Shown here: positions 16,277 to 31,850 of the stretch, piece after piece
Layout: each line of letters begins with the position of its first letter
Numbering within the stretch: position 1 is the stretch's first letter
From: the human T2T-CHM13v2.0 reference genome, Homo sapiens
Direction: 5' to 3' (one strand)
DNA length: 64,000 bases
Assembly: GCF_009914755.1 (NCBI RefSeq)
Contig: NC_060925.1
Notes under the pieces: model-generated
Databases searched by the model: none
What the model was told of the DNA's origin: nothing
Seen by the model: the letters and a program-made list of their open reading frames with translations, nothing else
Program-made: the position numbers and the translations under genes

Positions 16277-16439
16277 AAGATAGCCTGCACTATAAGAAAT
16301 CCAGTAGAAGAGTGGTCCCCAAAGACTAGACAATAAATGAGAAAATAGGGAGCAGGTAAGCAGCCTGTTTAAAAGAGGGAGGGAGAAGAAAATGAGGTTG
16401 AAGTCTAAGTTTCAGAACAAGTAGAATCTTATAGACCAC

Positions 16440-17030
16440 TGTAGAAACTTTGCCACAGAAGTTTCCCCCAGAAACAATGCAAACCAGGAGACAATGGAAC
16501 ATCTTTAAAGTGATGAAAGACAAAACAAAAAGTCAAGCCAGAATTCTATATCTAGCAGAAAAATCATTAAAAATAAAGGCAAAACAAAAATTCCAGACAA
16601 ATGCAAGAAGAATTGGGTACCAGCAGACCTAAAGCTAGAAATTTTTAAGGAAGTTCTTCAGGTTAAAGAGAAAGGATACCAGCTGGAAACAGATGAATAC
16701 AAAGAAATGAAGAGTGCTAGAAATGTTGTAACAATGTACCGTGGGGTTTATAACACGTACAAGTAAAATGCATGATAAAATAGCACAGAAAATAGGAGGG
16801 GAGAATAGAAGTAAACTATTGTAAGGTTCTTACATTATATATTAAATTTATATTATTTTACGGTAGATTATGATGAGTTAGAGATAGATGTTTTAAACCA
16901 AAAGCAACAACAAACAAACAAGTATAGCTAACAAGTCAACAGAAGAGATAAAATGGAATATTAATAAATACTCAAAGGAAGACAGAAAAAGAGAGGACAA
17001 AAACAACAAAAATAAATTAAAAAAATAAAT
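16440..17030 (+). mobile_element. Old L1M fragment (ORF1 3' end and inter-ORF region)
   Basis: Translates as ETMQTRRQWNIFKVMK...ARILYLAE, similar to the ORF1p C-terminus. Confidence 0.75.
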
Positions 17031-17994
17031 AAATAAGTAAACTTACTAAAACATGGCAAGAAAAATGCCTACCAAGCAACATATTTAAGCTGGTCTGTGT
17101 TAGTGCATCTGTTGGGAATAAAGCTGAAAACCAACATCTTTACTAATTGATATAAATGTCTGCCTGAAGTTTTCACAGATGATTTACTGTAATATGGTCA
17201 TTCTACATTGCTTTCCTTTCCATCTGTCATAAAATAGCTGTGTATGATTTTCAAAATTAAAAAATTAACTTTAATTAGCCAACTAGTTTACTGATAATAT
17301 CTTCTCACTCAAATAAGTTTTTGAACTACTAGACATCGCCAAATAAAAATAGCAGTTGAGGATTTGTAAAAAGAAAATTAAGTCAAATAGTTATTTGCAA
17401 AATCGTTTTATCATCTTTGGTTCATGGAACCATTATGTTTATCTTATATATGCTACAGCTTTTTTATCAACATGCAAAAAGTTGTCACATCAACATACCC
17501 ACTTGCAAAAATGTAATTATACTTTATATAATTTCTTATATACTTTACATAGCGATAATAGTAATCAAGTACTAACTATGATAGAATTCATATTGGCGGA
17601 GATAAATGGAGCAAAATAATATTGCTTACTTTGTAAAAATAAATAATTATCTTATTGATGTTGCCATTTATCCTACTTGATTCTATTTAATCGGCAAAAA
17701 CCCCAGGCTCAATGTAAAACTGGTCACAGCAAGACTAGGTCAGATCTCTTTCCAAAGTGCCAGTCCAGACTTCTGAGTGACCATGGGCAAAGCACATGCG
17801 GTGAGTGGTAGAGGAACCCCAAAACTTTTTCAACACACACCAAAAACCGCAAAGTTACCCCCACCCACATATGGTTCCATTCAGAAACGACCACAGCTCT
17901 CCTGGTACCGGAGATACGACACCAACCTAGATAACAAAGACCACAGAGTACATCCATCTCCTCAGTTTGGTCTGTAACTGGAGTATCTTCTACA

Positions 17995-18390
17995 TCTCCA
18001 TAGCACAGATCCTTGGAACGCCACTGTAACATAAGCTCAGCACTCACCATTCTCTTACATGCCTAAGGCTTTCTACAGTAAGCCACAGCCACTCTCTGCC
18101 TGAGAGTGTTCACTGGCTGGGAGCTTGCTGAGACAGGCCAGAAACCAGAGCTGGACAAGAGTGAATGAATAAATACTCCCGCTTCTTTGCCCTCAGGTAA
18201 GATAACTATGAGGTAGATTCCATGTAGCTTCACAAAAGTACCCAATGGGATTGAGCTTCAGTTGCCAATAGTTGCGGCCTGTTCATTAGCATACCCTGTA
18301 GTGGCTTCATTCTGTCTTACTTACTCAGCTCTTTACAGGTGCTTCCTGGGATCATCTCCCTAATAAACTACTTGCACTCAAATCCTTGAT
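17995..18390 (+). mobile_element. LTR16-family (ERVL) LTR
   Basis: Characteristic 3' end GCTTCCTGGGATCATCTCCCTAATAAACTACTTGCACTCAAATCCTTG. Confidence 0.72.
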
Positions 18391-18399
18391 TACTTTAAT

Positions 18400-19370
18400 G
18401 CCATCCTTCAGAATGATGCCATTTCGTCCAAGAACAAGGGATGCCTTTAGTTTTGTTCAGTTCTACTTTCGGGCCTTTCAGGAGTGCTTTAAAGTTTTCT
18501 TCCTGTAAGTTTTGTACATTTTTAAAGTTTAATTGCTGAGTATTTTATCTTTTTTTCTTGCTATTGTAAATGGGGTTTTCTCTTCGATTATATCTCTTTT
18601 TTTTTAAGACTAGTCAAGCGCAGTAGTAACAAGTGGAGAAAGACTAGAACAAGGAGTTTAATCTATAACTGACTGAAAAGTCAATTGAGATAACTCAGTT
18701 GGACCTTTGGACCAGCCTTCCTTATACCTTCTAACTCATTATTGTTTACATTTATGAAGGCTTTTGATTTTTCCATGTTAATTTTATCATACCTATTACC
18801 CTATTGAGTTATTTTACTGAGTTGGGATTTTTTAACGACTTTATTGAGAAATCATTTACATGCCATAAAATTCACTGATTTTAAATGTACTATTCAATGG
18901 GTTGAAGTATATTTAGAGAGCTGTACAGCCATCACCACAATGTAATTTTAGAACAGTTTCATCACCCCAAAAAGAAACCTTTAGGCCCATTAGGAGTTAC
19001 TCCCTATCCCTACCCCATCTCGACCTCCCAGCCCTACACAGCCACTAATCTACTTTCTGTCTATATAGATTTGCCTGTTGTGGATATTTTACATAACGAA
19101 TCATATGACATGCGGTCTTTTATGTCCGGCTTCTTTCACTTAGCATAATGTTTTCTGAGGTTCATTGAGTAAGGTTTTATCATTGATTTACTAGGGTTTT
19201 TTTAAGTAAAATGTCATATGAGCTGCAGATAGAAATCATTTTCCAATTACAATGCCTCCAACTGTTTCCTCCTGTCAAGTGCTTTTGTTAATACTGCCAG
19301 TACAATGGTCCCAACCTTTGTGGGAATATTCTTAGTGTCTTCCTAATAAAGTAAAGTGCTGATTATTTGA
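18400..19370 (-). mobile_element. Old L1M fragments with a nested L1MB 3' end (about 18830-19165) and a Y RNA retrocopy
   Basis: CTTTATTGAGAAATCATTTACATGCCATAAAATTCAC...GGCTTCTTTCACTTAGCATAATGTTTT; GCTATTGTAAATGGG. Confidence 0.75.
18606..18717 (-). pseudogene. RNY1P: Y1 RNA processed pseudogene, full length
   Basis: Minus strand GGCTGGTCCAAAGG...TGAGTTATCTCAATTGA...CAGTCAGTTATAGAT..AACTCCTTGTTCTA...CTACTGCGCTTGACTAGTCTT plus A9 tail matches hY1; degenerate TSD TTCGATTATATCTC/TTCCTTATACCTTC. Confidence 0.93.
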
Positions 19371-19847
19371 TACTTTAACTCTGAGAGGAAAATCATATGT
19401 TTCTATATATGTCACCACCATATTACATTAACTAGAAGCCATTATTTGTTCATCTACAACAGGATAAAATAATGTCTGCCCTCTCTACTTTACAGAAATC
19501 CTAAAAAGAAAATATATATAAAATATTTTATAAACAATAAAACTCTATGTAAATTTGAGAGCCTATTTACTATACCATAAAAATAATTTTAGAAACCACT
19601 GAACTCCTTTGAAAGTGTGTGTTTTTAACTACTACCAAGGAGAGAGAAGTTAGTAGACAAGAAGCAAGGCGACTAGATCATTCAGCCATCCAGGTATGTA
19701 AACAAAGAAGGAAAGAAGCTAGCTACAGAAAGCAAATGTCATATTGGAACACACTGAGTTTTCTAAGTTCCTCTGACATATTTCTGGTCACAGAACTATC
19801 ACCAAACTTAAAGACCTAAAGGACTTCTAATATTAAACATTAAAATA

Positions 19848-20466
<619 letters not shown>

Positions 20467-21039
20467 GTAAAGCAGAAGAAGAATTTAGAATTTAGAGGTA
20501 TGCTTAAAAGGTTAAAAGATTCTTAAATCCTTAACTTATTACAGAGGAATTCCAAATACAGACATGAAAATGGGGGATATCTACATGACTGAAAGTAACT
20601 GAAAATATCTGCTTATCTACTCAATGAAATGTTCAAATATAAAAAAATTTTAGACCTCTTGACAATGTAGGAATTGACAGCCAGTACCATTATTAGTGCT
20701 TATTTGTTAAAGTAAGGGGGAAGGAAGGTAGTTCAGTTAGCTCTTGTAAACACCCTCGGATTGATTTGTTCAATCCTAGAAAAAATTGGTCTATGCAATA
20801 GTAATTTTCACATTTTTAGAGTTCCTTTAACCTACTGTGTAAAGTATGCAGTGGGAAGGAAGTCAAACTAGTTACTTAATACTTATCTTTAAGTTGAATT
20901 CAAATTAGTCTCAGAGTTAACTAACCAGTGTAAGAGTTAGGGTGTTTTTCAGTTGCAAATAACAAAAAAACAGATTTGCATTAAAAAGAAAAGAAAACCC
21001 AGATAGTGGGCAGGTTTCAGAGTTGGTTAGAAATAATAA

Positions 21040-21480
21040 TGACAACAGTAACAACAGCAAATACTATCTGTCAGGTACTGCTCTCTCCATTTTGTGTGTA
21101 TTAATCTATTTAATCCTTGCCACAACTTTCTGAGAGTTGTTATCCTCATTTTACAGATAAGGAAATTATCTAAAGGTACAGAGAGCATCTATTACATTTG
21201 CCCAGCATGCCACAGTTAGTGAGTAGCAGAGCTGGCATTCAAACCCGTGCAATCTAGACCAGAGCCCATGCTCTTAACTGCTGATTCAAACCCGTGCAAT
21301 CTAGACCACAGCCCATGCTCTTAACTGCTGATTCAAACCCGCGCGATCTAGACCACAGCCCATGCTCTTAACTGCTGATTCAAACCCATGCAATCTACAC
21401 CACAGCCCATGCTCTTAACTGCTGATTCAAAGCCATGCAATCTACACCACAGCCCATGCTCTTAACCGCCATGCTCTGCT
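21040..21480 (-). mobile_element. MIR whose tRNA-derived head is tandemly amplified
   Basis: TTTAATCCTTGCCACAAC...CATTTTACAGATAAGGAAA...GCAGAGCTGGCATTCAAACCC. Confidence 0.85.
21237..21471. repeat. Minisatellite, 47 bp x 5
   Basis: ATTCAAACCCGTGCAATCTAGACCACAGCCCATGCTCTTAACTGCTG; units at 21237, 21284, 21331, 21378, 21425. Confidence 0.97.
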
Positions 21481-21954
21481 GCCTCGTGATGGCTTCTCAG
21501 GCTGTGACTCCTTTCTCTCCAGTTCCCTCTGCTCTGCCCTCTTCCAGAGCTAGCTTGCAGCTCAGTCTGGCTCCCCCTCAGGAATATTATAGATGCCAAT
21601 GGGTCCTGGAACTACCCTGTACTCATATAAAAGGGGAGAGCACAAGCATTCCTTCCTACCAAACAAAAGCTCTGAGTCTCACTTTAATAGGACAGATCAG
21701 GTATTGTTCCCACCACAGAACCAACCACCGTAGACAGGGAATAAGGTTGCCCAGAGTTATCTATGCCAATGGGAACCCACCACAGGTACAGTAATAAGGG
21801 AAGTCTACCCCACCAAACCTGCAAAACTGCCATGTAATGAGCTGGATTGGAAAGAATGTTGAGTAGAAGCCACACTGTCCACTGCAACCAGTGATACTCT
21901 TGGGTGATACAACTCTAAGAAAGGGAATCAAGATATAACCTTATGGTATAACTT

Positions 21955-22141
21955 ACTAAAATTCATCAAATGTAAGATGCTATGGATTGTAAGACATGCC
22001 ATTATTAAAGATACCATTAAAAACAGTATAGCACTGCCAAGTATCATCTTAAGAGGCCTTCAAATGTAGGACGCATCCTAATTTCAGTTATGTCAAAAAT
22101 GTAGGAGGAAACGTTCATCTTACAATAAAACAAAAATATGA
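21955..22141. mobile_element. MER104-like TcMar MITE
   Basis: ATTCATCAAATGTAAGATGC...GATTGTAAGAC...GCATCCTAATTTCAG...CATCTTA. Confidence 0.65.
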
Positions 22142-22329
22142 AGTGCCATCAGCTGGAGTTGTAAAAATCCATAACTGCTTTCCCACATATATCTACATAA
22201 GTCTAGGCTATGACTCTATACACAGGCTGAGAAATGAAACAGCAATCAACCCTGCCGTGTTCCCAGAACTTAAGATGAAAGATATTAACTAAAAGAGTCG
22301 TCAGAGGCCTCACTCCTCAACCCCTCAAT

Positions 22330-23700
22330 CAAACACCATGTCAGACAAGCAATATCCACCATATGCCAGGCACAGTGTCTGGGTCCTACAAGGGAAAATG
22401 TCTTAACTCCTGCCTCAAGGATATGACTGGCAAGTACTAAATAATCATACGAGAAACGGTAACTCCTGCCTCAAGGATATGACTGGCAAGTACTAAATAA
22501 TCATACGAGAAACGGTAACTCCTGCCTCAAGGATATGACTGGCAAGTACTAAATAATCATACGAGAAACGGTAACTCCTGCCTCAAGGATATGACTGGCA
22601 AGTACTAAATAATCATACGAGAAACGGTAACTCCTGCCTCAAGGATATGACTGGCAAGTACTAAATAATCATACGAGAAACGGTAACTCCTGCCTCAAGG
22701 ATATGACTGGCAAGTACTAAATAATCATACGAGAAATGGTAACTCCTGCCTCAAGGATATGACTGGCAAGTACTAAATAATCATACAAGAAACGGAATGA
22801 AGTAATGCTGTTAAATGGATATCAATAAAATACAGGGGCTCAGAAAAAGGAAAGATTAATATAGACTAACTGGAACAGAGACAGTTCCAGCATCAAGATA
22901 ACATCAGAGCTGCCTGGGCATCTGTAAGAAATGAGGATCTATTTAAGAAAGGAAGGCAAGAAGCAAGAGTAAATAACATGGAGGTATTTCAGATCACAGT
23001 AGTAGAAATCAAGTACTTGAGTTGAACTAGAGCGAAGGCCGTATGTGGCAGAGTGGACTAAAAAGCTAGAAATATAGTTTGGAGCCAGCACATTTGGTAG
23101 GCAAGAAGAGACACTGAACATTCTTGGGCAGAGAAATGACATTATCAGAGAGGTTGGAGAAGAATCCCTAACGAGTTGTTTGCAGACACTGGGCTTACGG
23201 GGCTTGTGGGACATCTAGGGAGTTTTCACTGAAACTGCCCAGAAGCCACCCAGATATAAGTATGGAATCCACAGAAAGATCTAAGCTAAGAGTTTTTATC
23301 TGGGGGTCATCAGGACTAGATGATAACTGAAGTTATGAAATAAATGACATTTTCTTAGGAGGATCTGACATGCCAGAAAAACAAAGGAGCCCAGAGAAAT
23401 TACCTGAGGAACGTCAACATTAGTGGAATGAGCAGAAGAGAAGGAGCTTATGTAGAAAAAGCAGCAGAAACTACACAACAAGAGGAAGGAAAACCAGGAA
23501 CGTGGGAAAAGAGTATGTAAGAAAAGAGAGAAGTTAATACTGACCAGTTTCACAGCAAGATAGAATAAGAACTGAAACATAACCCCTGAGATTTAGATTA
23601 TTGATGAGCTGGCTGAAAGCAGTACACATGGACTAGCAAGGATGGGGTAGTCCACACAGGGAGGTCAGAAAAGGATGCTTAGAAAAGATTGCTTTTGAGC
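22330..23700 (-). mobile_element. Degraded L2 fragments
   Basis: CCATATGCCAGGCACAGTG...CCTGCCTCAAGGA L2 3'-end signature, followed by purine-rich L2-like body. Confidence 0.55.
22404..22795. repeat. Minisatellite/VNTR, 56 bp x 7, near perfect
   Basis: TAACTCCTGCCTCAAGGATATGACTGGCAAGTACTAAATAATCATACGAGAAACGG; units every 56 bp from 22404; only two differences, both CpG transitions. Confidence 0.98.
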
Positions 23701-23963
23701 TAAGAAGTTAACCAGATAAACAGGAAAAATCACCAAATGTAAGGGAAGAAAAATAGTATCTACAAAGAATAGGCTGGATCCAATACAAAAATATGTATCT
23801 TAATCAAAAAAAAGAAAAAAACAATAAACGCACACATAGGATTTTTACATTCAACAAGCATAACTAATTTGTTACCTCACACAAATTGATCTTTTGCTTT
23901 AATTACAATGCTAACTTTTTAAGAAAAAGAACCCAATTAAAAATCCAGCAAATACACAGCTCA

Positions 23964-24365
<402 letters not shown>

Positions 24366-25544
24366 CTATACAAATTACTCTCCATTTCTGCAACAATCTG
24401 TTTAACTCTAGGCAACAAGTTCAATCTCAAATTTCATTTTGACTCAATTCTTTTCTTAAAAAGGATTCCATATTTTATAATAGAAAGAGCCATGAAAAAA
24501 CTCTAACTTTTATTTATTTTAGGAATTGGGAAAATCATTCCATTCCTAAAATCCGACATATCTGACTATACTCTGGAAAAAAGTATATAGTCTGGCAACT
24601 CAATAGACATGTATTTTTTAAAAATCTCACTGAATAATTGCAGATAAGACAAACAAGAGTAATCTAACAATTATGCCAAACTTAGATTGGACTACATGTG
24701 TGAAAGTACTACCTCTCTAGCACTTTCTCCAAGGAAACTATCAGAACCATTTATTTTCCACTGCATAATAGCAGAACTATCAGTTATGTGACATCCTATA
24801 AAAAGACAAACACAATTTCTAATTATATCCATTCTTTCATTTTAATTACTCTAGAGAGTGATTACATATTTAACTTGGCTATCTTTAAAAAATTAAGTTG
24901 CTTTAATGAAAGTATTTTAGATAGCTACACCACCATACATCAATTAGAAAGTTAATCATTCCACTTGTTCTCACAAAAAGATTTTAAAGGAGGTGGAGAG
25001 GTGGTGTTTGGTGCTTTATAAAAGTTAATTAGAGGGCACCCAGAAAGAGAGATCATCCAGGAAATAAAGTTTATCAAAAATCCAAAATATGTAATCTGCA
25101 CAGTGTCAAGAAACAGCAGGAGATTCTCTTTAATGAGTTTACTCATGTTCACTTTAAAAGAAAATCTTCAGTTCACGATGTGAGGTTGAGTTTTAAATAT
25201 ACTGGAAGACTTCTCTGTGTAACAGACTGTAAGACTCCACTCGCTCGCTTGGTCTTGACTGCCTAACTGATGGCAGACTATTATCTAAAGCATATTCCTA
25301 CTCTAAAGGCAGCCTTCTATTTTACAGTGATCTTGCTGTATACTTCACAGTCACACTCATCATTACAAAACATTCCGAAAGCTTTTTTAAATAAGTTTTC
25401 AGTGTTTGAATTATCATGATCACTCCCTCAAATTAATTACTAATATGATAAGAAATAATCAAGGTTAAGTTGATACTTAATTTTTGGCCAAAGCAGGTTC
25501 AATGGATCTATCCTAGATCAATAGATAAGCTTAAGAATGCATTT

Positions 25545-27925
<2,381 letters not shown>

Positions 27926-28291
27926 AAGAATGTGTTTGTGATTATCTGAAATTATTGCAAAATGTATATACATTTTTTTCCAAAGAGGTTTCACGGATTT
28001 CATAAGTTAACTGTTTTATTCTATGAAGAGACCATGGAATAAACAAAACAAAGCAGCAAAATGTTAAGTGAAAACTTTATATTCAGACTCTGAAGCTTCT
28101 TTGGTAAGGGTAGTGTGTTACGCAAAGAGGTATTCTGAGTAACTGTAATACTAGATAAGGAACAGTCAGGACAAAGCCACTGCTTTTCTCTAAGTTAGGA
28201 AAACATCAGGAACTCCTGAGAATTCCAAAATAGCTTGAATGAGGAAGGGGGAATAAGGGAAGAGTAATAGCGTTGAGACTCTAAATGATAG

Positions 28292-28409
28292 AAGAATTCC
28301 AAGGAGAAGATACAAGAATTCCAAGAATTCCAAGGAGAAGATACAAGAATTCCAAGAATTCCAAGGAGAAGATACAAGAATTCCAAGAATTCCAAGGAGA
28401 AGATACAAG
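28292..28409. repeat. Minisatellite, 31 bp x 3.8, perfect
   Basis: AAGAATTCCAAGGAGAAGATACAAGAATTCC; units at 28292, 28323, 28354, 28385. Confidence 0.97.
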
Positions 28410-28994
28410 GAAACTGGACAAAACACGCTAAATGAAGCTACATTAATTAGAATGTCCCACGTGGCATTTGAATTTCCCTCTATTAGAGTTTTTGCTACAT
28501 TTCCCTGAAGGTTTATCGAGGGCAGACACTGACCTTAATAGTCTTTGTATCACGGGTTCCAGCACAGTACTTCTCACATAGTTGTTACTCAACATTTCCT
28601 GGGTCAGTAATGAAAACATGGGTTGGAAATAGGTGGCAAGTTTTTTTAAAATTATTAAACCAGAAGCTTTCAGTGGGTAGTAGTTACATATTCAAATTTC
28701 CTTCACCCACTTGAGAGAGAAAATATAAAGGCTATGAAATGTGTCGGGAGAAAAACTATGAACCATTCTTTCTTATTTGAAAAAAAAAAAAAACTATACA
28801 ACAATAGAAGAAAGTTGAAAAAGAACCTAATCTTCCTTCATGGAAACATGGACTTAAACAAAAAAAGAACCTAATTTTCCTAAAGTGAACTAAAAGTTAC
28901 AAATTTCAATCTCCAATAATTGAAGGCAAGAACTTTGTTCTTATAGACTATCTCAGGCAGCAGTTTAAAAGGGGGGCCTACAATGTTTTCCCCT

Positions 28995-29315
28995 TTGATT
29001 TTAAAATAATTTTACACTTACATAAAAGTCACAATAATAGCACAGAGGATTCCCATCTACCCCTTCACTCAGCTTCCCTTAATATTGACATCACCACAGT
29101 AATACATAGAAAGTATCTAGGTTCCTGCCTCCCTAGTCTCCTCCGATCTGTCATAATTCCTAAGTCTTTCCTTGTCTTTGACACTTGATACTTTTGAAGA
29201 GTAATGATCAGTTATTTAGGCAGGTGTCTTGCCTAAATCATGTTCTTTTTCTGTTCCACAAGGTAAAGATGTATTTAGATGTCCTGCTTCGTTAGTCTCC
29301 TCCAATCTGTGACCC
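28995..29315 (-). mobile_element. L1MC-like 3' fragment
   Basis: TTTAAAATAATTTTACACTTACA...TAGTCTCCTCCGATCTG...ACTTTTGAAGAGTA. Confidence 0.65.
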
Positions 29316-29376
29316 AACATGCTCCCGCCCCCAAGGGCAGGTTTACTTCTATTACTTCTATTTTCCCCAGGTGTAA

Positions 29377-29764
<388 letters not shown>

Positions 29765-31249
29765 AGAGTTTCTTACTGTATCTGCAGCAGCTGCTCTTCT
29801 CCTAGAGACAAAGAATGCTTTCTCAGGAATCTCACCTGTCTTTTTGGGAGCACCTGGTAGAGTTTTTGGAGAAAAAGCCTACAGGTGGGTATGAACTCCC
29901 CTCATCCACAGTTCCCAGGGACTTCACACTTTCTTGCCAGCCCACATGCAGCATCCATCAATTTGGTTAACTATTCTAGCTGAATGCTTACCAGTGTCCA
30001 GCTGTGGGTGCCACAGGTAAGCAAGTGCTGATGTCTTTCCCTACATCTGTCTCTTCTTAGACGTCAAGCTAGCCGATTGCCCTATAACCTCAGCAATCTG
30101 ATGGGTTAAAAAACAAAAGTCATGAACTTGTCATTGTCCAGATGTTTCTGTGTTTAGTCTTGCTTTTAAGATTAGAAGCCATGCTTTTTCTGTACACAAT
30201 TTTGTTTTTATTAATGCGTGAATTTGTTTGCTAAAAGATAACGCTATGAAACAAATTTAAAGTTTATTGAAAAATCAACTTAAAAGCAGCATTCCAAAAT
30301 ATTCTAATATAATTTTTAATCTTAAAACTTAGAGTTTTGACTGTTGATCACTGTCATTTTTTCCAGCTGTTGTTATATCAAGAAAACTCTCATTATTTCC
30401 ATAACAATAAAATTCAAAACTGAAATGCAATAATGCATGTGGACATAAATTATACTGAGAATTCAACCTAATAAAAAACACATAACAGCTGACAATGATT
30501 TCTTAAAAGCATTTGCTTAAAGTTTGTCAGAATGCTGGGAGAATACCAATTACGTATTCATAGTCCTCATAATTTTGTTTTACAAAATATTTTCTCAAAT
30601 CTCTTGGGAGATTACTATAGGGTTAAAAGCTGTTTTAAGATCAAAGATCAAATAGAGGGGGAAAAACCCTGTAATTCTCTACTGCAGCTCATTGATCTTT
30701 CCCATCTGCTATGCAAAAAAGGAGATGCATGTTAAGTTTGAAAAAAGAAAATCTTTTTAACTAGGAATGACAGCATACTGATTCTGGCAAACGTTCAGAG
30801 GGAATTTTTATATATGAGATCCAACTCCCTTTTGCCAAAATATAAATGATGTTAACAATAGGAAAACAAAATCTAGTCAGTAGTCTCTTATTTATATATT
30901 TCTTCCTGCAAATATATCGTATGATCAGATTTCTAATATAAAACACACATAGTAAAATAAATTTTCAACCATCAAGAGCACAGGCTTAGGGGTGAATGAT
31001 AAGAGACAAGTGGAGTAAGACACTGAAAAACGAAGTCAACTCAGGACCAGAGGAACTACTTTCCTGGTACTCTTCCCTCCCTTGTATCCTCCAGGGATTG
31101 ATTCCAGGACACCAACCCCCTCCCTGGCCCCCAGCACGGATACCAAAATCCATGGATGCTCAAGTCCCTTCTATAAAATGGCATAGTATTTGCATATAAA
31201 CTATGCATATCCTCTTGTATACTTTATATCATCCCTAGAATACGTATAA

Positions 31250-31620
31250 CAGTGGTCCCCAACCGTTTTAGCACCAGGGACCAGTTTCGTGGAAGACAAC
31301 TTTTCCACAGATGCTGGGGCGGGGGGCGGAGTGGGGATGGTTTTGGGATGAAACCATCAGATCATCCAATCATCCGATCATCAGGCATTACTTTGATTCT
31401 CATACTGTGAGATCTAGTGTGCAACCTAGATCCCTCACATGCACAGTTCACAATAGGGTTCACGCTCCCGTGAGAATCTAATGCCGCTGCTGATCTGACA
31501 GGAGACAGGGCTCAGGCAATAATGCTCGTTCACCCGCCACTCACTCCCTACTGTGCGGCCTGGTTCCTGACAGGCCATGGGAGTGGTACCGGTCCTCGGC
31601 CCGGGCTCTGGGGACCCCTG
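31250..31620 (-). mobile_element. MER1B, full length, nested in MER2
   Basis: TIRs CAGTGGTCCCCAA ... TGGGGACCCCTG. Confidence 0.92.
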
Positions 31621-31709
31621 ACTATGCTATGTAAATAGTTGTTATGCTGTATTGGTTTTATTTGTACTATTTTTATTGCCACATTGTTATTTTCGGGGGG
31701 GGGGTTCCC

Positions 31710-31850
31710 AATTTTTTATTTTTATTTTTTTAAGAGACAAGGTCTTGCTATGTTGCCCAGGCTGGCCGCAAACTCCTGGGCTCAAGCAATCCTCCCATTT
31801 GAGCCTCCCTAGGAAATGAGACTACAGGCAAACACCACCACACCCAGTCC
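31710..31850 (-). mobile_element. FLAM nested in MER2
   Basis: GGTCTTGCTATGTTGCCCAGGCTGG...CTCCTGGGCTCAAGC monomer. Confidence 0.85.

Noticed and set aside
17690-17990. Unassigned, moderately GC-rich segment next to the LTR16
   Set aside because: I could not match it to any family or ORF; probably an old repeat. Needs a Dfam search.
21237-21471. tRNA gene cluster
   Set aside because: Only A/B-box-like remnants of a MIR head; no cloverleaf, and the B box is mutated.
22404-22795. CRISPR-like regular array
   Set aside because: Head-to-tail identical units with no unique spacers, no cas genes and a primate context; it is a VNTR. The same applies to the arrays at 21237, 28292, 51687 and 54774.
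25505-25535. Small palindromes (GATCTA-TCC-TAGATC, AAGCTT) beside the L1 5' junction
   Set aside because: Six-bp arms are expected by chance in AT-rich DNA.
28190-28426. Repetitive hydrophobic ORFs (LEFLYLLLGILGILVSSPWNSWNSCIFS)
   Set aside because: Translation artefacts of the 31-bp tandem repeat.
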